Source: Planctomycetota bacterium (GTDB lineage: Bacteria; Planctomycetota; UBA1135; UBA2386). Taken from it: a stretch of 64,000 nucleotides of DNA. A program made the position numbers and the translations under genes. Position 1 is the stretch's first letter, and every line of letters starts with the position of its first letter. Under the pieces are notes generated by a model. It saw nothing but the letters and a program-made list of their open reading frames with translations. It was not told where the DNA came from and did not search any database. Of the stretch, positions 48,553 to 58,327 are shown in pieces. Location of the stretch: positions 6,048,001-6,112,000 of the forward strand of contig OZ245838.1 in the NCBI GenBank assembly GCA_965228735.1, given 5' to 3'.

Positions 48553-49212
48553 TCACTTCAGGATGTGGGGGTGGCTGAAGACGCTGTAGGGGAGCAGGTC
48601 GTCGACGGCGAAGAGCACGGGCCAGACGAGCTGGCCGCCGTAGTTGAACAGGATGACGAGGATGATGATCGTCATGAACGGGATCTGCATCAGGCCGTCG
48701 TAGATCTTGTTGGCGCCCGGATAGAGGCCGCGGACGACGCCGGCGCCGTCGAGCGGCGGCAGCGGGATCATGTTGAACACGGCGAGCAGCACGTTCAGCA
48801 GCAGGAAGATGCCGGCGATGCGGCGGATCGCGACCATCGTGTCGCCGTCGGGGCGGGCGATGAACCAGAGAGCTGCGAACGCGACGCCGGCGAGCATGAC
48901 GTTGGCCAGCGGACCGGCGGCCGACATGAGCGCCGCCTTCTTCGGGTTGTGGTGGGCCCAGATCGGATCGATCGGCGCGTGGGCGAAGCCGAACGTGTAG
49001 CGGCCGCCGCTGAGGAGCAGGATCACGATCGGCATGACGATCATGCCGAACGGCTCGCGCTGGATGTGCGGGATCGGATTGATCGTCACCTGACCCGTGC
49101 GATACGCGGTCAGATCGCCGCCGAGCTTGGCGAACCACGCGTGCGCGGCTTCGTGGAACGTCACGCTGATGATGAACGTGATGAACCACATCGCGGCGAG
49201 TGTCCAGTCCAC
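48553..49212 (-). CDS. Site-2 protease family (M50) intramembrane metalloprotease
   Basis: HEAAH, AGPLAN, FNMIPLPPLDG. Confidence 0.92.
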   Translation of the reverse strand: MDWTLAAMWFITFIISVTFHEAAHAWFAKLGGDLTAYRTGQVTINPIPHIQREPFGMIVMPIVILLLSGGRYTFGFAHAPIDPIWAHHNPKKAALMSAAGPLANVMLAGVAFAALWFIARPDGDTMVAIRRIAGIFLLLNVLLAVFNMIPLPPLDGAGVVRGLYPGANKIYDGLMQIPFMTIIILVILFNYGGQLVWPVLFAVDDLLPYSVFSHPHILK

Positions 49213-49213
49213 G

Positions 49214-49471
49214 CTACTCCTCGCCCTCCTCAGCCGCGTCGTCGCCATCCGCCGCGGTCGCCATCTCGTCGACGACCTTCTTCACCTTGGTCTCGGTCGC
49301 CGCGAGCTTCTGGCGGCAGACGGTCAGCAGCAGAGCGGCGCGCTCGACCTTCTCCGACAGGACGTCGAGGTCGATCTCGCCCGACTCGATGTCGCGCAGG
49401 ATCTCGTCGAGCTCGGTCGTGGCTTCGGAGTAGCTCGGCTCCTTGGCCGACTTGGTCTTCTTCGCAGTCAT
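49214..49471 (-). CDS. xseB: Exodeoxyribonuclease VII small subunit
   Basis: SYSEA..EL.EIL..IESGE.DLD.L...V.RA..L...C..KL; adjacent to xseA. Confidence 0.92.
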   Translation of the reverse strand: MTAKKTKSAKEPSYSEATTELDEILRDIESGEIDLDVLSEKVERAALLLTVCRQKLAATETKVKKVVDEMATAADGDDAAEEGEE

Positions 49472-51141
49472 TGGTTCTTGCTCTCGCTCGGGTCCTTCTC
49501 GACGCGTTCGATCGCGGCCGTCGCGCGGCCGTCGCGGAACTGCACGACGAGCTGCTGCCCGGCGCTGAGTCGGTCGGCGCTCGGCACGACGTTGCCGTCA
49601 CTGTCGCGCGCGAGCACGAAGCCGCGTTCGAGCACGCGGCGCGGGTCGAGCAGGCGCAGGCGCTCGGCCTGGCCATCGAGCCGCAGCGTGGCGCGTTCGA
49701 GGCGGCGGGCGCTGCCGTTGCTCGCGCGCGCAGCAGCGGCCAACAGCGCGTTGCGCTCGTTGGACAGTCGCAGCGTGACGGAGCTGCCGAGCTGCCGGCC
49801 GGCGCTCAGCAGGCCGTGGCGTTCGTCGCGGATGCGATGCGTGGCCGCGCGCTGGAGGTCGCTCGTCGTGCGCGCCAGCCCGTCGCCGAGGTCCTGCAGC
49901 AGCTCACGCGCGAGGCGCTGCAGTTGTTCGGCGCGCTCCTTGACGTCGGTGCGCGCGCCGCGCAGCAGCTCGACGATCAGGCCGGCCGCCGCGGTCGGCG
50001 TCTTCTCCGAATGCGCGACGAGGTCGAGCACGGACTGGTCGCGTTCGTGCCCGATGCCGACGAGCACCTTGAGCGGGTGCCGGCACACGAGCTGCGCGAT
50101 GTCCTGGTCGTCGAACCACGCGAGGTCGGTGCGCGAGCCGCCGCCGCGCACGATGCACAGCAGATCGAACTCGGCCGCGTGCCGTTCGAACCACTCGAGC
50201 CCGCGTCGCAGGCTCGGCTTCAGGCCCTGGCCCTGGGTCTTGATCGGATGCAGCGTCACATCGAGGCCGCAGCCGCTGCCCTGCAGGTGCTGCAGGAAGT
50301 CGTTCCAGCCGTCGGAGTCGGGGCTCGCGAGCACACCGATGCGAAGGGCCGGCACGGGGAACGGCAGCGCCCGGTTCTGCTCCGCGATGCCGAGCTTCTG
50401 CAGCTCCTTGAAGATCTGCTCCTTGGTCAGCGCGAGCTTGCCGAGCGTGTGCTCGGGGTCGATGTCCTCGATGATGACCTGGAAGCGGCCGACGTTCTTG
50501 AAGAGGTCGACGCGCACGAGCGCGCGGATCTCGATGCCGTCGCGCAGCGTCAGCGGGTTGTCAGAGCCTTCGAGCTTCTTCAGCAGCCACGACGCGGTGC
50601 GGCCGAACAGCGCCGTCTCGACCGTCGCGACGGCGCGCTGCGCCCGCTTGCCCTGCTCGGCGAGCTGGAAGAACTTGTGCTCGCGGTCGGCGGCTTTGTC
50701 GTAGCCGACGATCTCGCCGACGATCCACACCGGGTCCGGAAACAGCTGCCGCAGCCCGTCCTTCGCCCGGCCGGTCAGCTGCGAGATCGTCATCGCGTCG
50801 GGCGCCCGCGACTCGCCACCGGTCTGGCCGTCCGCGCCGAGCGGCAGCTGGCCCTGATCGACGGCGCCGTCCGTCGGACCGGCGGCGGCTTCGTCCGCCT
50901 TGGCCGGCGGCGCCCACGTCCCCGCGAGCAACCCCGACGCCTCGGACGAGAACTCGAACTGGAATGCGGCGAACGTCGCGTAGACCCGATCGATGTGCTG
51001 GCACGGCACCTTCCACGTCTTGTTGCGTGGATCCCAGCGGCGCCCGGGCAGCTCCTTCACCGCCGCGACGAGCGACTCGTCGTAGGGGAACCGAATGAGC
51101 AGATGGGTGCCGCCGGGGTCGATCTCGACCGTGCCCGTCAT
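49468..51141 (-). CDS. xseA: Exodeoxyribonuclease VII large subunit with extra N-terminal HARP-like domain
   Basis: WIVGEI OB fold, RIGVL.S..SDG..DF, RGGGS..DL.WF, GIGHERD, TPTAAA, RVLERGF; N-terminal FPYD..LV..VKELPGRRWDP..K.W. Confidence 0.9.
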   Translation of the reverse strand: MTGTVEIDPGGTHLLIRFPYDESLVAAVKELPGRRWDPRNKTWKVPCQHIDRVYATFAAFQFEFSSEASGLLAGTWAPPAKADEAAAGPTDGAVDQGQLPLGADGQTGGESRAPDAMTISQLTGRAKDGLRQLFPDPVWIVGEIVGYDKAADREHKFFQLAEQGKRAQRAVATVETALFGRTASWLLKKLEGSDNPLTLRDGIEIRALVRVDLFKNVGRFQVIIEDIDPEHTLGKLALTKEQIFKELQKLGIAEQNRALPFPVPALRIGVLASPDSDGWNDFLQHLQGSGCGLDVTLHPIKTQGQGLKPSLRRGLEWFERHAAEFDLLCIVRGGGSRTDLAWFDDQDIAQLVCRHPLKVLVGIGHERDQSVLDLVAHSEKTPTAAAGLIVELLRGARTDVKERAEQLQRLARELLQDLGDGLARTTSDLQRAATHRIRDERHGLLSAGRQLGSSVTLRLSNERNALLAAAARASNGSARRLERATLRLDGQAERLRLLDPRRVLERGFVLARDSDGNVVPSADRLSAGQQLVVQFRDGRATAAIERVEKDPSESKNQ

Positions 51142-51224
51142 CGGCTCCAGTTCATACCGGATCGGTCGGTCCGGCGCCCCCTCTGCGCGGGAGAGTGCTC
51201 CTGCGCCCGAATCACCCAGCCGAA

Positions 51225-51833
51225 TCATGCGTCGGGCGAACCGACGAGCTCCGGCACCTCGGCCGTGGCAGCGGTGACCGCCTCGACCATCGTGATCGCG
51301 CGCCCCGTCACGCTGCTGAGGTCCGTCATCACGTCGGGCGACAGGCCGCACGGCCGCACCTGCTGCCATGATGCCTGATCCATCGCGATGTTGAGCGCGA
51401 TGCCGTGCAGGTTGACCCAGCGTTTGATCGCCACGCCGATCGAGGCGAACTTCCGCTGCCCGGCGAACACCCCGGTGCCGTCGACCGACGGCGTTGCCTG
51501 GACCCCGAACCGCGCCGCGAACGCGACGCCGAACGCCTCGAGCCGCCGCAGCCAGTCGCGGACGTCGCGCCGCGGCAGCCGCACGATGGGGTAGACGACG
51601 AGCTGTCCGGGGCCGTGGTAGGTGATCTTGCCGCCGCGCTCGATCTCGACCGTGTGCGGCCCGAGTTCGGCCTTCGGCGTCGCGCGCCCGGCGGTGTAGA
51701 CCGGCTCGTGCTCGACGAGCAGCACGCGGCCCGGGTCGTCGCCGTGCTGGACGGCTGCGTGCAGCTCCCGCATTCGGGTCAGCACGGGACGGTATTCGGC
51801 GCGCCCCAGATCCTCGACAACGACGGACTGCAT
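51225..51833 (-). CDS. lipB: Lipoyl(octanoyl) transferase
   Basis: EHEPVYTAGR, RGGKITYHGPGQLVVYP, KFASIG, HGIALN, PCG. Confidence 0.95.
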   Translation of the reverse strand: MQSVVVEDLGRAEYRPVLTRMRELHAAVQHGDDPGRVLLVEHEPVYTAGRATPKAELGPHTVEIERGGKITYHGPGQLVVYPIVRLPRRDVRDWLRRLEAFGVAFAARFGVQATPSVDGTGVFAGQRKFASIGVAIKRWVNLHGIALNIAMDQASWQQVRPCGLSPDVMTDLSSVTGRAITMVEAVTAATAEVPELVGSPDA

Positions 51834-51848
51834 CGACAGACTACCCAC

Positions 51849-52244
51849 GTGCTCCTGGCTTCGTTGTCCTTCAACCTGGTGTCTACGGCCCTGGTCCTGC
51901 CTCAGCTCGAGATCGAGCCGTCCCGCATCGCGGTCGGGCAGACGGTGGAGGTGCGGGCGATGCGGCACGACCGCGCGCTCGCGGACGCGCCGATCGAGCT
52001 CGTGTTGCCGGATGGCAGCGAATCGACGATCGGTACGACGGGCGCTGACGGACGGCTGACGTTCGTGCCGGCGGCGGCTGGCGAGCACGTGTTGCGTACC
52101 GAGGCCGAGGGCGTCGTCATGCTCGCGCCGCTGCACGTGCTGCCGGCGCGGCCGCGCTGGCTCGTCGCGGCCGTCTGCGTCCCCCTCGGTCTGGCGCTGC
52201 TCTGGCGCAATCTCAGCCGAGCACGCGGTCGACGTGCGTCGTGA
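51849..52244 (+). CDS. Small hypothetical protein (Ig-like segment with C-terminal TM helix)
   Basis: Hydrophobic N-terminus, G.TGADGRL, C-terminal hydrophobic helix; start inferred. Confidence 0.55.
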   Translation: MLLASLSFNLVSTALVLPQLEIEPSRIAVGQTVEVRAMRHDRALADAPIELVLPDGSESTIGTTGADGRLTFVPAAAGEHVLRTEAEGVVMLAPLHVLPARPRWLVAAVCVPLGLALLWRNLSRARGRRAS

Positions 52245-52533
52245 CCGTGCGCAGGTCCTTGTTGCCGGTGAAGCGCTCGACTTCCTTGCCGTCCTTGAAG
52301 AACACGCAGGTCGGCACGCTCATGATGCCGAGGCTGGCCGCGGACTCCTGGGCGTTGTCGATGTCGAGCTTGTAGACATCGATGCGTCCCTTGTAGTCCT
52401 CGGCGACCTTGTCGATCGTCGGAGCAAGCGCCTTGCACGGTCCGCACCAGCTGGCCGAGAAGTCGACGAGCACGGGGACCGAGGCGTTCTGCAGCGTGGA
52501 CTGGAAGTTGGTGTCCGTCAGTTCGTTTACCAT
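52213..52533 (-). CDS. trxA: Thioredoxin
   Basis: VDFSASWCGPCK, 106 aa. Confidence 0.95.
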   Translation of the reverse strand: MVNELTDTNFQSTLQNASVPVLVDFSASWCGPCKALAPTIDKVAEDYKGRIDVYKLDIDNAQESAASLGIMSVPTCVFFKDGKEVERFTGNKDLRTVTTHVDRVLG

Positions 52534-52613
52534 GATGTGCTGAGGGCCGGAGGGTAGTGGCGATTGGAGTCTGAAGTGGTGGTGCCGACCGTGAGGGCCA
52601 ACGGTGTTGTGGC

Positions 52614-52853
52614 CTACGCGCCTGGCGCCTGGCGGTTGAGGGCGGCGAGCAAACGGTCCGTGGGGATGCCGTTCTGCTGCGCGACCGTCTCGATCGAATC
52701 GTGCTGATCGAAGCCGCAGTTGCTGCAGCCGCCGAGGTGGAAGTCACGCATCAGAACCATGCCCAGCGAAGGGTCGGCGGTCAGCGCCTCGAGCATCGTG
52801 GTCTGGGCCGTGAATCGCGTCGGGCTCGACGTCTTGCCGGGGTTGTCGTTCAT
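52614..52853 (-). CDS. Small DUF1858-like CxxC (redox/Fe-S associated) protein
   Basis: 79 aa, FHLGGCSNC...SIE.VA...GI....LL..LN; lies between mrp and trxA. Confidence 0.7.
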   Translation of the reverse strand: MNDNPGKTSSPTRFTAQTTMLEALTADPSLGMVLMRDFHLGGCSNCGFDQHDSIETVAQQNGIPTDRLLAALNRQAPGA

Positions 52854-52939
52854 CGTAGTTCGATCGTGCGGAGTGAGTGGGGGCGAGTGGGAGCGCAGGC
52901 CGTCGGTGGCCACGTCGGCTCGCGAGGATAGCAGGCGCG

Positions 52940-54007
52940 CTACTCCGCGTTGAGCACGCTGACGCGTTGCGCCATTCGGCCCGCGATCTCGAGGATCGCC
53001 TTGGCCGCCGCGGAGTTCGGGTCGGTCGTGACGATCGGCGCGCCGCGGTCGCCGCCTTCGCGCACGGGCACTTCGATCGGGATCTGGCCGAGCAGCGGCA
53101 CGCCGAACTCCTGCTCGATGCGCTTCCCGCCGCCCTCGCCGAACAGGTGGTACTTCTCCGTGTGACCCGGCGGCGTGAACCACGCCATGTTCTCGACGAC
53201 GCCGAGGATCGGCACGTTGACCGTCTGGAACATGCGGATCGCCTTCTTGACGTCGAGCACCGACACGTCCTGCGGCGTCGTGACGATGATCGCGCCCATG
53301 AGGTGGGCCTGCTGGCTGAGCGACAGCTGCGCGTCGCCCGTGCCCGGCGGCAGGTCGACGACGAGGTAGTCGACGTCGCGCCACGCCACGTCGAACAGGA
53401 ACTGGCGCACCGCGGAGTGCAGCATTGGACCGCGCCAGATGACCGGCTGGTCCTCGGCGACCAGCAGCGCCATCGAGATGACCTGCAGGCCGTGGCGTTC
53501 GAACGGCACGATCTTCTTCTCGATGACCTCGGGCTGCCCCGTGATGCCGAGCATCAGCGGCACGTTCGGCCCGTAGACGTCGGCGTCGAGGATGCCCACC
53601 GTGGCGCCCGTCTTCTGCAGGGCACACGCGAGGTTGACCGCGACGGTCGACTTGCCGACGCCGCCCTTGCCGGAGGACACGGCGATGACGTTCTTGACGC
53701 CGGGGATCAGGCCCTTGTCGCCGAGCACCGGCCGGGAGGCCGTGACCTGCGCCGTCATCTCGACCGCGACCGAAGTCACGCCCGGCAGCGCCTTCACGGC
53801 CGTCTCCGCCTGGCTCTTCATCAGCTCCTTCACCGGGCACGCGGGCGTGGTGAGTTCGATCTGGAACGCGACCTGACCGCCGCGGATCTCGAGTTCCTTG
53901 ACGAACCCGAGGTCCACGATGTTGCGGTGGAGGTCGGGGTCCTGCACCGCGGAGAGCGCCTCGAGGACGGCGGCTTCGGTGGGCTCACTGGCGGCGGGGG
54001 CGGTCAT
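52940..54007 (-). CDS. apbC: Iron-sulfur cluster carrier ApbC/Mrp
   Basis: N-terminal DUF59 (V.DPDL, TTPACP), SGKGGVGKS, DADVYGP, WRGPM, DLPPGTGD, VTTPQ, VENM. Confidence 0.95.
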   Translation of the reverse strand: MTAPAASEPTEAAVLEALSAVQDPDLHRNIVDLGFVKELEIRGGQVAFQIELTTPACPVKELMKSQAETAVKALPGVTSVAVEMTAQVTASRPVLGDKGLIPGVKNVIAVSSGKGGVGKSTVAVNLACALQKTGATVGILDADVYGPNVPLMLGITGQPEVIEKKIVPFERHGLQVISMALLVAEDQPVIWRGPMLHSAVRQFLFDVAWRDVDYLVVDLPPGTGDAQLSLSQQAHLMGAIIVTTPQDVSVLDVKKAIRMFQTVNVPILGVVENMAWFTPPGHTEKYHLFGEGGGKRIEQEFGVPLLGQIPIEVPVREGGDRGAPIVTTDPNSAAAKAILEIAGRMAQRVSVLNAE

Positions 54008-54316
54008 GGGGGGCAGGACAAATAGCCTCGGAATGGGGCCTATTCAATGCCGGCGCGGGGACATTCCACCCGCAATGCGTGGCGCGGCCGGTCGCGTGCT
54101 GCCCGGCGGCTCGACCGGCCAGGATCCCGGCCGCATGGCCCGTTCGCCATTGCGGGGGGCTGCGTGGGGAGCGGGGCCGGCCGGGAAGTTCTGGAAGCAC
54201 GCGAAGATCCGCGGCGTTGATCCGTCCAAGTGCCTCCCGGCGCCACAATCTGCACCCCCAGCACTGCCTTGGCTCGTAGAGTCCTGGCAGGTCCCCGCCG
54301 CCAATTCCGAATTCCG

Positions 54317-55225
54317 ATGAAGTCCGCCGTCCTGCTCGTTCTGCCGTTCCTGATCACCGCGCTCCCGGCCCAGAGTCCCGTGCCGGTCCGGCAGAAGCCG
54401 GCGCCGAGCGAGGTCAACGGCGGTGATGAAGTCAAGCTCAACGACTCGGGCGAGCCGATGTACGAGGGGCGGCCGAGCAAGAAGGTCAACAGCGAGATCG
54501 TTCCCCGCGTGCGCGCCGCGTCGGCGTTCTGCATGTTCTACGTGCACACGGAGCCGACCAAGCTGATGCCCGGCGAGACGGGCAAGCTCATCGTCACGGC
54601 GTCGCTCAAGGATCGGGCCGTGCTGCCGTCGCCGGCGCCGTTGCGCGTGACCTCGCCGGCCACGCAGGGCCAGCTGACGCTGGGGCCCGCGACCGTGCTG
54701 CCGGCCGAACTCGGTCGCCTCCCCGGCGCCTACCGCGGCCGTCCCGTCTACGACAACTGGGCGACGATCGAGATGCCGATCACCGTCGCGGCGAGCGCGC
54801 CGGTCGGCAAGAAGCAGTCGGTCGTGGTGGAGTTCTCGTTCGAGCTCTTCGACGGCAACACGGCGCAGAGCCTCGGCGAGTTCGTCGATCGGGCGCTGGG
54901 CCAGATCGAGATCGGCAAGTCCTACGACCCGCAAGTTCAGGGCGGCTACGAGGCGCCCGCGGCCGCGGCGGCCGCTGCCGCCGAACCGCAGCCCGAGATC
55001 CGGCCGATGGCCGACGATCCCGATGAGCCGCTGACCCCTGCCGTCGGCGGTGCGGAGCCGCTGCCGGTAGTCGATTCGGGAGCTCAGGCAAAGGCGGTCG
55101 CGCCGATCGTCGACGAGGGCCCGGTCGCGCAGATCGAGGACGACGAGGGCAACCGGTGGATCCTCATCGTGGGTGGTGGCGCGCTCGCGCTCGCCGTCCT
55201 GCTGCTCGTTCTGAAGAAGAAGTAG
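54317..55225 (+). CDS. Exported hypothetical protein (Ig-like/DsbD-N-like domain, acidic linker, C-terminal TM and KKK)
   Basis: Signal peptide MKSAVLLVLPFL; C-terminal WILIVGGGALALAVLLLVLKKK. Confidence 0.65.
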   Translation: MKSAVLLVLPFLITALPAQSPVPVRQKPAPSEVNGGDEVKLNDSGEPMYEGRPSKKVNSEIVPRVRAASAFCMFYVHTEPTKLMPGETGKLIVTASLKDRAVLPSPAPLRVTSPATQGQLTLGPATVLPAELGRLPGAYRGRPVYDNWATIEMPITVAASAPVGKKQSVVVEFSFELFDGNTAQSLGEFVDRALGQIEIGKSYDPQVQGGYEAPAAAAAAAAEPQPEIRPMADDPDEPLTPAVGGAEPLPVVDSGAQAKAVAPIVDEGPVAQIEDDEGNRWILIVGGGALALAVLLLVLKKK

Positions 55226-55484
55226 GGCGGCAGAGAAGTAGGGTCCGCGCCGGGCGAACGCCGCCGGATCCACACCCAGGCCATCAGCCTCTCGCGGGTG
55301 CGGCCACCGCCGAGTCGAATTTCGGTAAGACGCAATTCAGCGCGCCGCATGCGAATCCCGGTCGCAATCGGCCGCAGTGCGAAGTGGAAGGCACGGAACT
55401 TGAAACCGGTTCTTGCGCTACCGCGAAGGCTCGTTCGAGACGAACCGTCGTATCACTGAGCCTCCGCACCCTGGAGGGACCCCG

Positions 55485-56690
55485 ATGGCATCCACGAAAC
55501 TGTTTCCACGATCTGGCCGCAAGAGCGCAAGTCCAATCCTCATCGAGGACTTGGACCGGCATCTCGACGTGGACGTAGATCGGTTCCCGGCGCTCTGCAA
55601 GCGCCTGGCCCGCCAGTTCGGCAAGCATCGCGCGACGCTCGATGTGGCAGGCTACCGCTACGTTCGGCAGCAGCTGACTGCCGAAATGGCAGGCTCGACG
55701 TCGGCCCCCGCGGGTCGCGGCAGCTACTCCGTCGAAGTTCGTCGGCTCGCCCCGATGGATCGCGAGGAGGAGTTCAAGATGGCCCGCCGGCATGAGTTCG
55801 TGCAGCGCGTTCTCGTCCATTTCCTCGCCGACTACGGGCTCAGCGAGACGGACGCGATGCAGCTGCTGCGACAGCCGACCACGGCGATCCGTGCAGCTCT
55901 CGCCGAGCGCACGCTGAAGTCGCGGAGCTCATTGGACGAGCAGTGGTTCGACGCGTTCCTCGACCAGTTCGAGGACCTGCGCAACCTCTACGTCGAGGGC
56001 GCGCTGCACATCGTGCTCGGCACCGTGCACCGGTATCGCGGTCTCGGCGTGGACACTGCGGACTTGATCCAGGAGGGCAACGCGTCGTTGTTCCAGGCCA
56101 TCGACGGCTTCGACTGGCGGCGCGACGTGCGCTTCCGGACCTACGCCCAGTTCTGGGTGCAGCAGGCCGTGCTCAAGATGCTCTACAACCACGCGCGCAC
56201 CGTGCGCGTGCCGATCTGGGTGCAGAAGGTGCTCGGCAAGATCCGCCGGGCGCAGGAAGCCGGGCGGCGCGACGGGCGGGAGCTCACGCATCAAGAACTC
56301 GCCGAGCGGCTCGAGCTGCCGGTCGAGAAGATCAAGTGGGTGCTCGAGTCGCGCCGTCATGCCGTCAGCCTCGACGCCGAGGTCGGCGGGCAAGAAGGCG
56401 CGTCCCTCGGGCAGTCGCTGCCCGACGACAGCCTCGAACCGATCCCCGATTCGATCCCGCCGGGTGACCTGGGTGCGACGCTCGAGGAAGCGATGGCGGA
56501 TCTGCCGGATCGCGAACGTCACATCCTGCGCAGTCGCTTCGGCCTCGATGGCGCAGAGCCGCGCACGCTCGGCGACATCGCGACGGACTACGACATCACG
56601 CCCGAGCGCGTGCGGCAGCTGCAGAACGCGGCGCTCGCCCGGCTCAAGAAGCCGGCAAAGCTCCAGCAGCTCAAAGCCTTCGTGGAGTAG
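55485..56690 (+). CDS. Alternative sigma-70 family factor (RpoD/RpoS-like architecture, divergent)
   Basis: GGAGG RBS; DLIQEGN, AID.FD, RFRTYA, RTVRVP, VSLD, TL.DI, ERVRQ. Confidence 0.9.
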   Translation: MASTKLFPRSGRKSASPILIEDLDRHLDVDVDRFPALCKRLARQFGKHRATLDVAGYRYVRQQLTAEMAGSTSAPAGRGSYSVEVRRLAPMDREEEFKMARRHEFVQRVLVHFLADYGLSETDAMQLLRQPTTAIRAALAERTLKSRSSLDEQWFDAFLDQFEDLRNLYVEGALHIVLGTVHRYRGLGVDTADLIQEGNASLFQAIDGFDWRRDVRFRTYAQFWVQQAVLKMLYNHARTVRVPIWVQKVLGKIRRAQEAGRRDGRELTHQELAERLELPVEKIKWVLESRRHAVSLDAEVGGQEGASLGQSLPDDSLEPIPDSIPPGDLGATLEEAMADLPDRERHILRSRFGLDGAEPRTLGDIATDYDITPERVRQLQNAALARLKKPAKLQQLKAFVE

Positions 56691-56752
56691 GCAGTCCCTG
56701 ACTTCGCGGCCTGGAGCTTCAGCAGCTCGAGGCTTTCGTGCAGTCGGTCGGG

Positions 56753-57646
56753 CTACGACGACGAGTCCGCGGGCGGGTCGTTCTCGCGCGCGTTCTCGTT
56801 CATCTGCTCCCACGTCGCTTCGAAGAGCCGGCGGTAGACCGCGGGTCGCAGGTCGCGGTTGAGCGGCAGGATGCGGCGCATCGTCCGCACCTTGCGGCGT
56901 TCGATCTCGGCGATCACCGCGCCCGCATCGCCCGTGCCCGAAGCGAGGATCTCGCCAGTCGGCGCGATGATGCGGCCGTCGCCGGGGAACGGCATCGGCT
57001 CGCCGTTCTTGAGGGAGGCTTCCTGCCCGGTCCGGTTGCAGCCGACGACGAACATCTCGTTCTCGATCGCGCGGGCGCGCAGCAGCGTGCGCCAGTGCTG
57101 CGAGCGCGCCTCGGGCCATTGCCCCGGCACGACGAGGATCTCGACCTGGTTGTGGAAGTAGTAGCGCGACAGCTCGGGGAAGCGCAGGTCGTAACACACG
57201 AGCACGCCGAGCTTGCCGACGCCGGTCTGCACGATCAGCGGCTCTTCGCCGGCGGTGTGATGGCGGTCCTCGGCGTTGGGCGAGAACAGGTGGATCTTCC
57301 GGTACTTGCCGAGCGTCTCGCCGTTCTCGTGCACGTACGCCGTGTTGTAGAACCGACCGTCGCTCGGCTCGATCGTGCTGCCGACAATGACGAGGCCGTG
57401 CTCGCGCGACAGCTCGCGCAGTTCGTTCTCGGCGTCCTCGACTTCCTTCAGCAGCGCGTCGGAGTAGGTCTCGAGGAACGACGTCGACCATAGCTCCGGC
57501 AGCACGCACAGCCGCGCGTCGCTGTCCTTGGCTTCGTCGATCGCGGCGCGGACGGCGACGAGGTTGGCGGCGACATCGCCGGCGCGCACGTCGAACTGCA
57601 GGCAAGCCGCGGTGAACGGTTGGTGATCGTCGTCGTGATCGGTCAC
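56753..57646 (-). CDS. Carbon-nitrogen hydrolase (nitrilase superfamily, omega-amidase-like)
   Basis: LPELW, YRKIHLF, CYDLRFPE catalytic E-K-C, RAIEN. Confidence 0.92.
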   Translation of the reverse strand: MTDHDDDHQPFTAACLQFDVRAGDVAANLVAVRAAIDEAKDSDARLCVLPELWSTSFLETYSDALLKEVEDAENELRELSREHGLVIVGSTIEPSDGRFYNTAYVHENGETLGKYRKIHLFSPNAEDRHHTAGEEPLIVQTGVGKLGVLVCYDLRFPELSRYYFHNQVEILVVPGQWPEARSQHWRTLLRARAIENEMFVVGCNRTGQEASLKNGEPMPFPGDGRIIAPTGEILASGTGDAGAVIAEIERRKVRTMRRILPLNRDLRPAVYRRLFEATWEQMNENARENDPPADSSS

Positions 57647-57825
57647 GGTGGCGCAGAATAGCCGGCGGGCCCGCCGAATCGCGATCGGTGTGCCCAAATG
57701 TGTCGTTCGTGCCGGATCCGTGGGCGGCGGTCCGCGTACACGACGCGAGGCCCGCGTGGGGCCTCGTGGTGGTGCGTCGCTGCCGGCTCCGCACGTTCGC
57801 GGGTGGCCGTTCCCGTGCCGGGCGT

Positions 57826-58254
57826 CTAGCCCTTGAACAGGATGTCGTCGGTCGGCTGACCTTGCGCCTTCTTCGGGCGCGGCGCGGCGTTGCTGGCCGT
57901 GTCCGAGATCAGCTGGTCGCTCGGCTTGAAGATCACCGTCTCCTTGTTGGCGACGTCGATGCTCTCACCGGTCAGCGGGTGCTTGTAGGCGCGCCCCTTG
58001 CGGATGCGGCGCTCGAACGTGCCGAAGCCCTTGACGGCGACCTTGCCGCGCGCCCTGAGCAGTTCGGAGACCGAATCCAGCACGGCGTCCAGCACGCGAG
58101 CGGCGGTGCGGCGAGGCACGTTCAGCTCGGCGGCGATCTGGTCGGCCAGGATTCCCTTGTTGGCTTGGCGGCCGAAAGCTTCTTCGGCTGCCCCGGACTG
58201 GCCCGTCGCCTGATCCGTGCGATGGTTCGCATCCTGCTTCGTCATACGGGTCAT
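57826..58254 (-). CDS. HU/IHF family DNA-binding protein with N- and C-terminal extensions
   Basis: KV..KGFGTFE...RK.R..KHP.TGE.I.V......FKPS. Confidence 0.9.
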   Translation of the reverse strand: MTRMTKQDANHRTDQATGQSGAAEEAFGRQANKGILADQIAAELNVPRRTAARVLDAVLDSVSELLRARGKVAVKGFGTFERRIRKGRAYKHPLTGESIDVANKETVIFKPSDQLISDTASNAAPRPKKAQGQPTDDILFKG

Positions 58255-58327
58255 ACTTCCTCTTTCCCTTGTTACTGACGGGGGTGGTCCCGTCGCCCTT
58301 CGTCCCTTCTTACCTTTCCCCTCTCCG

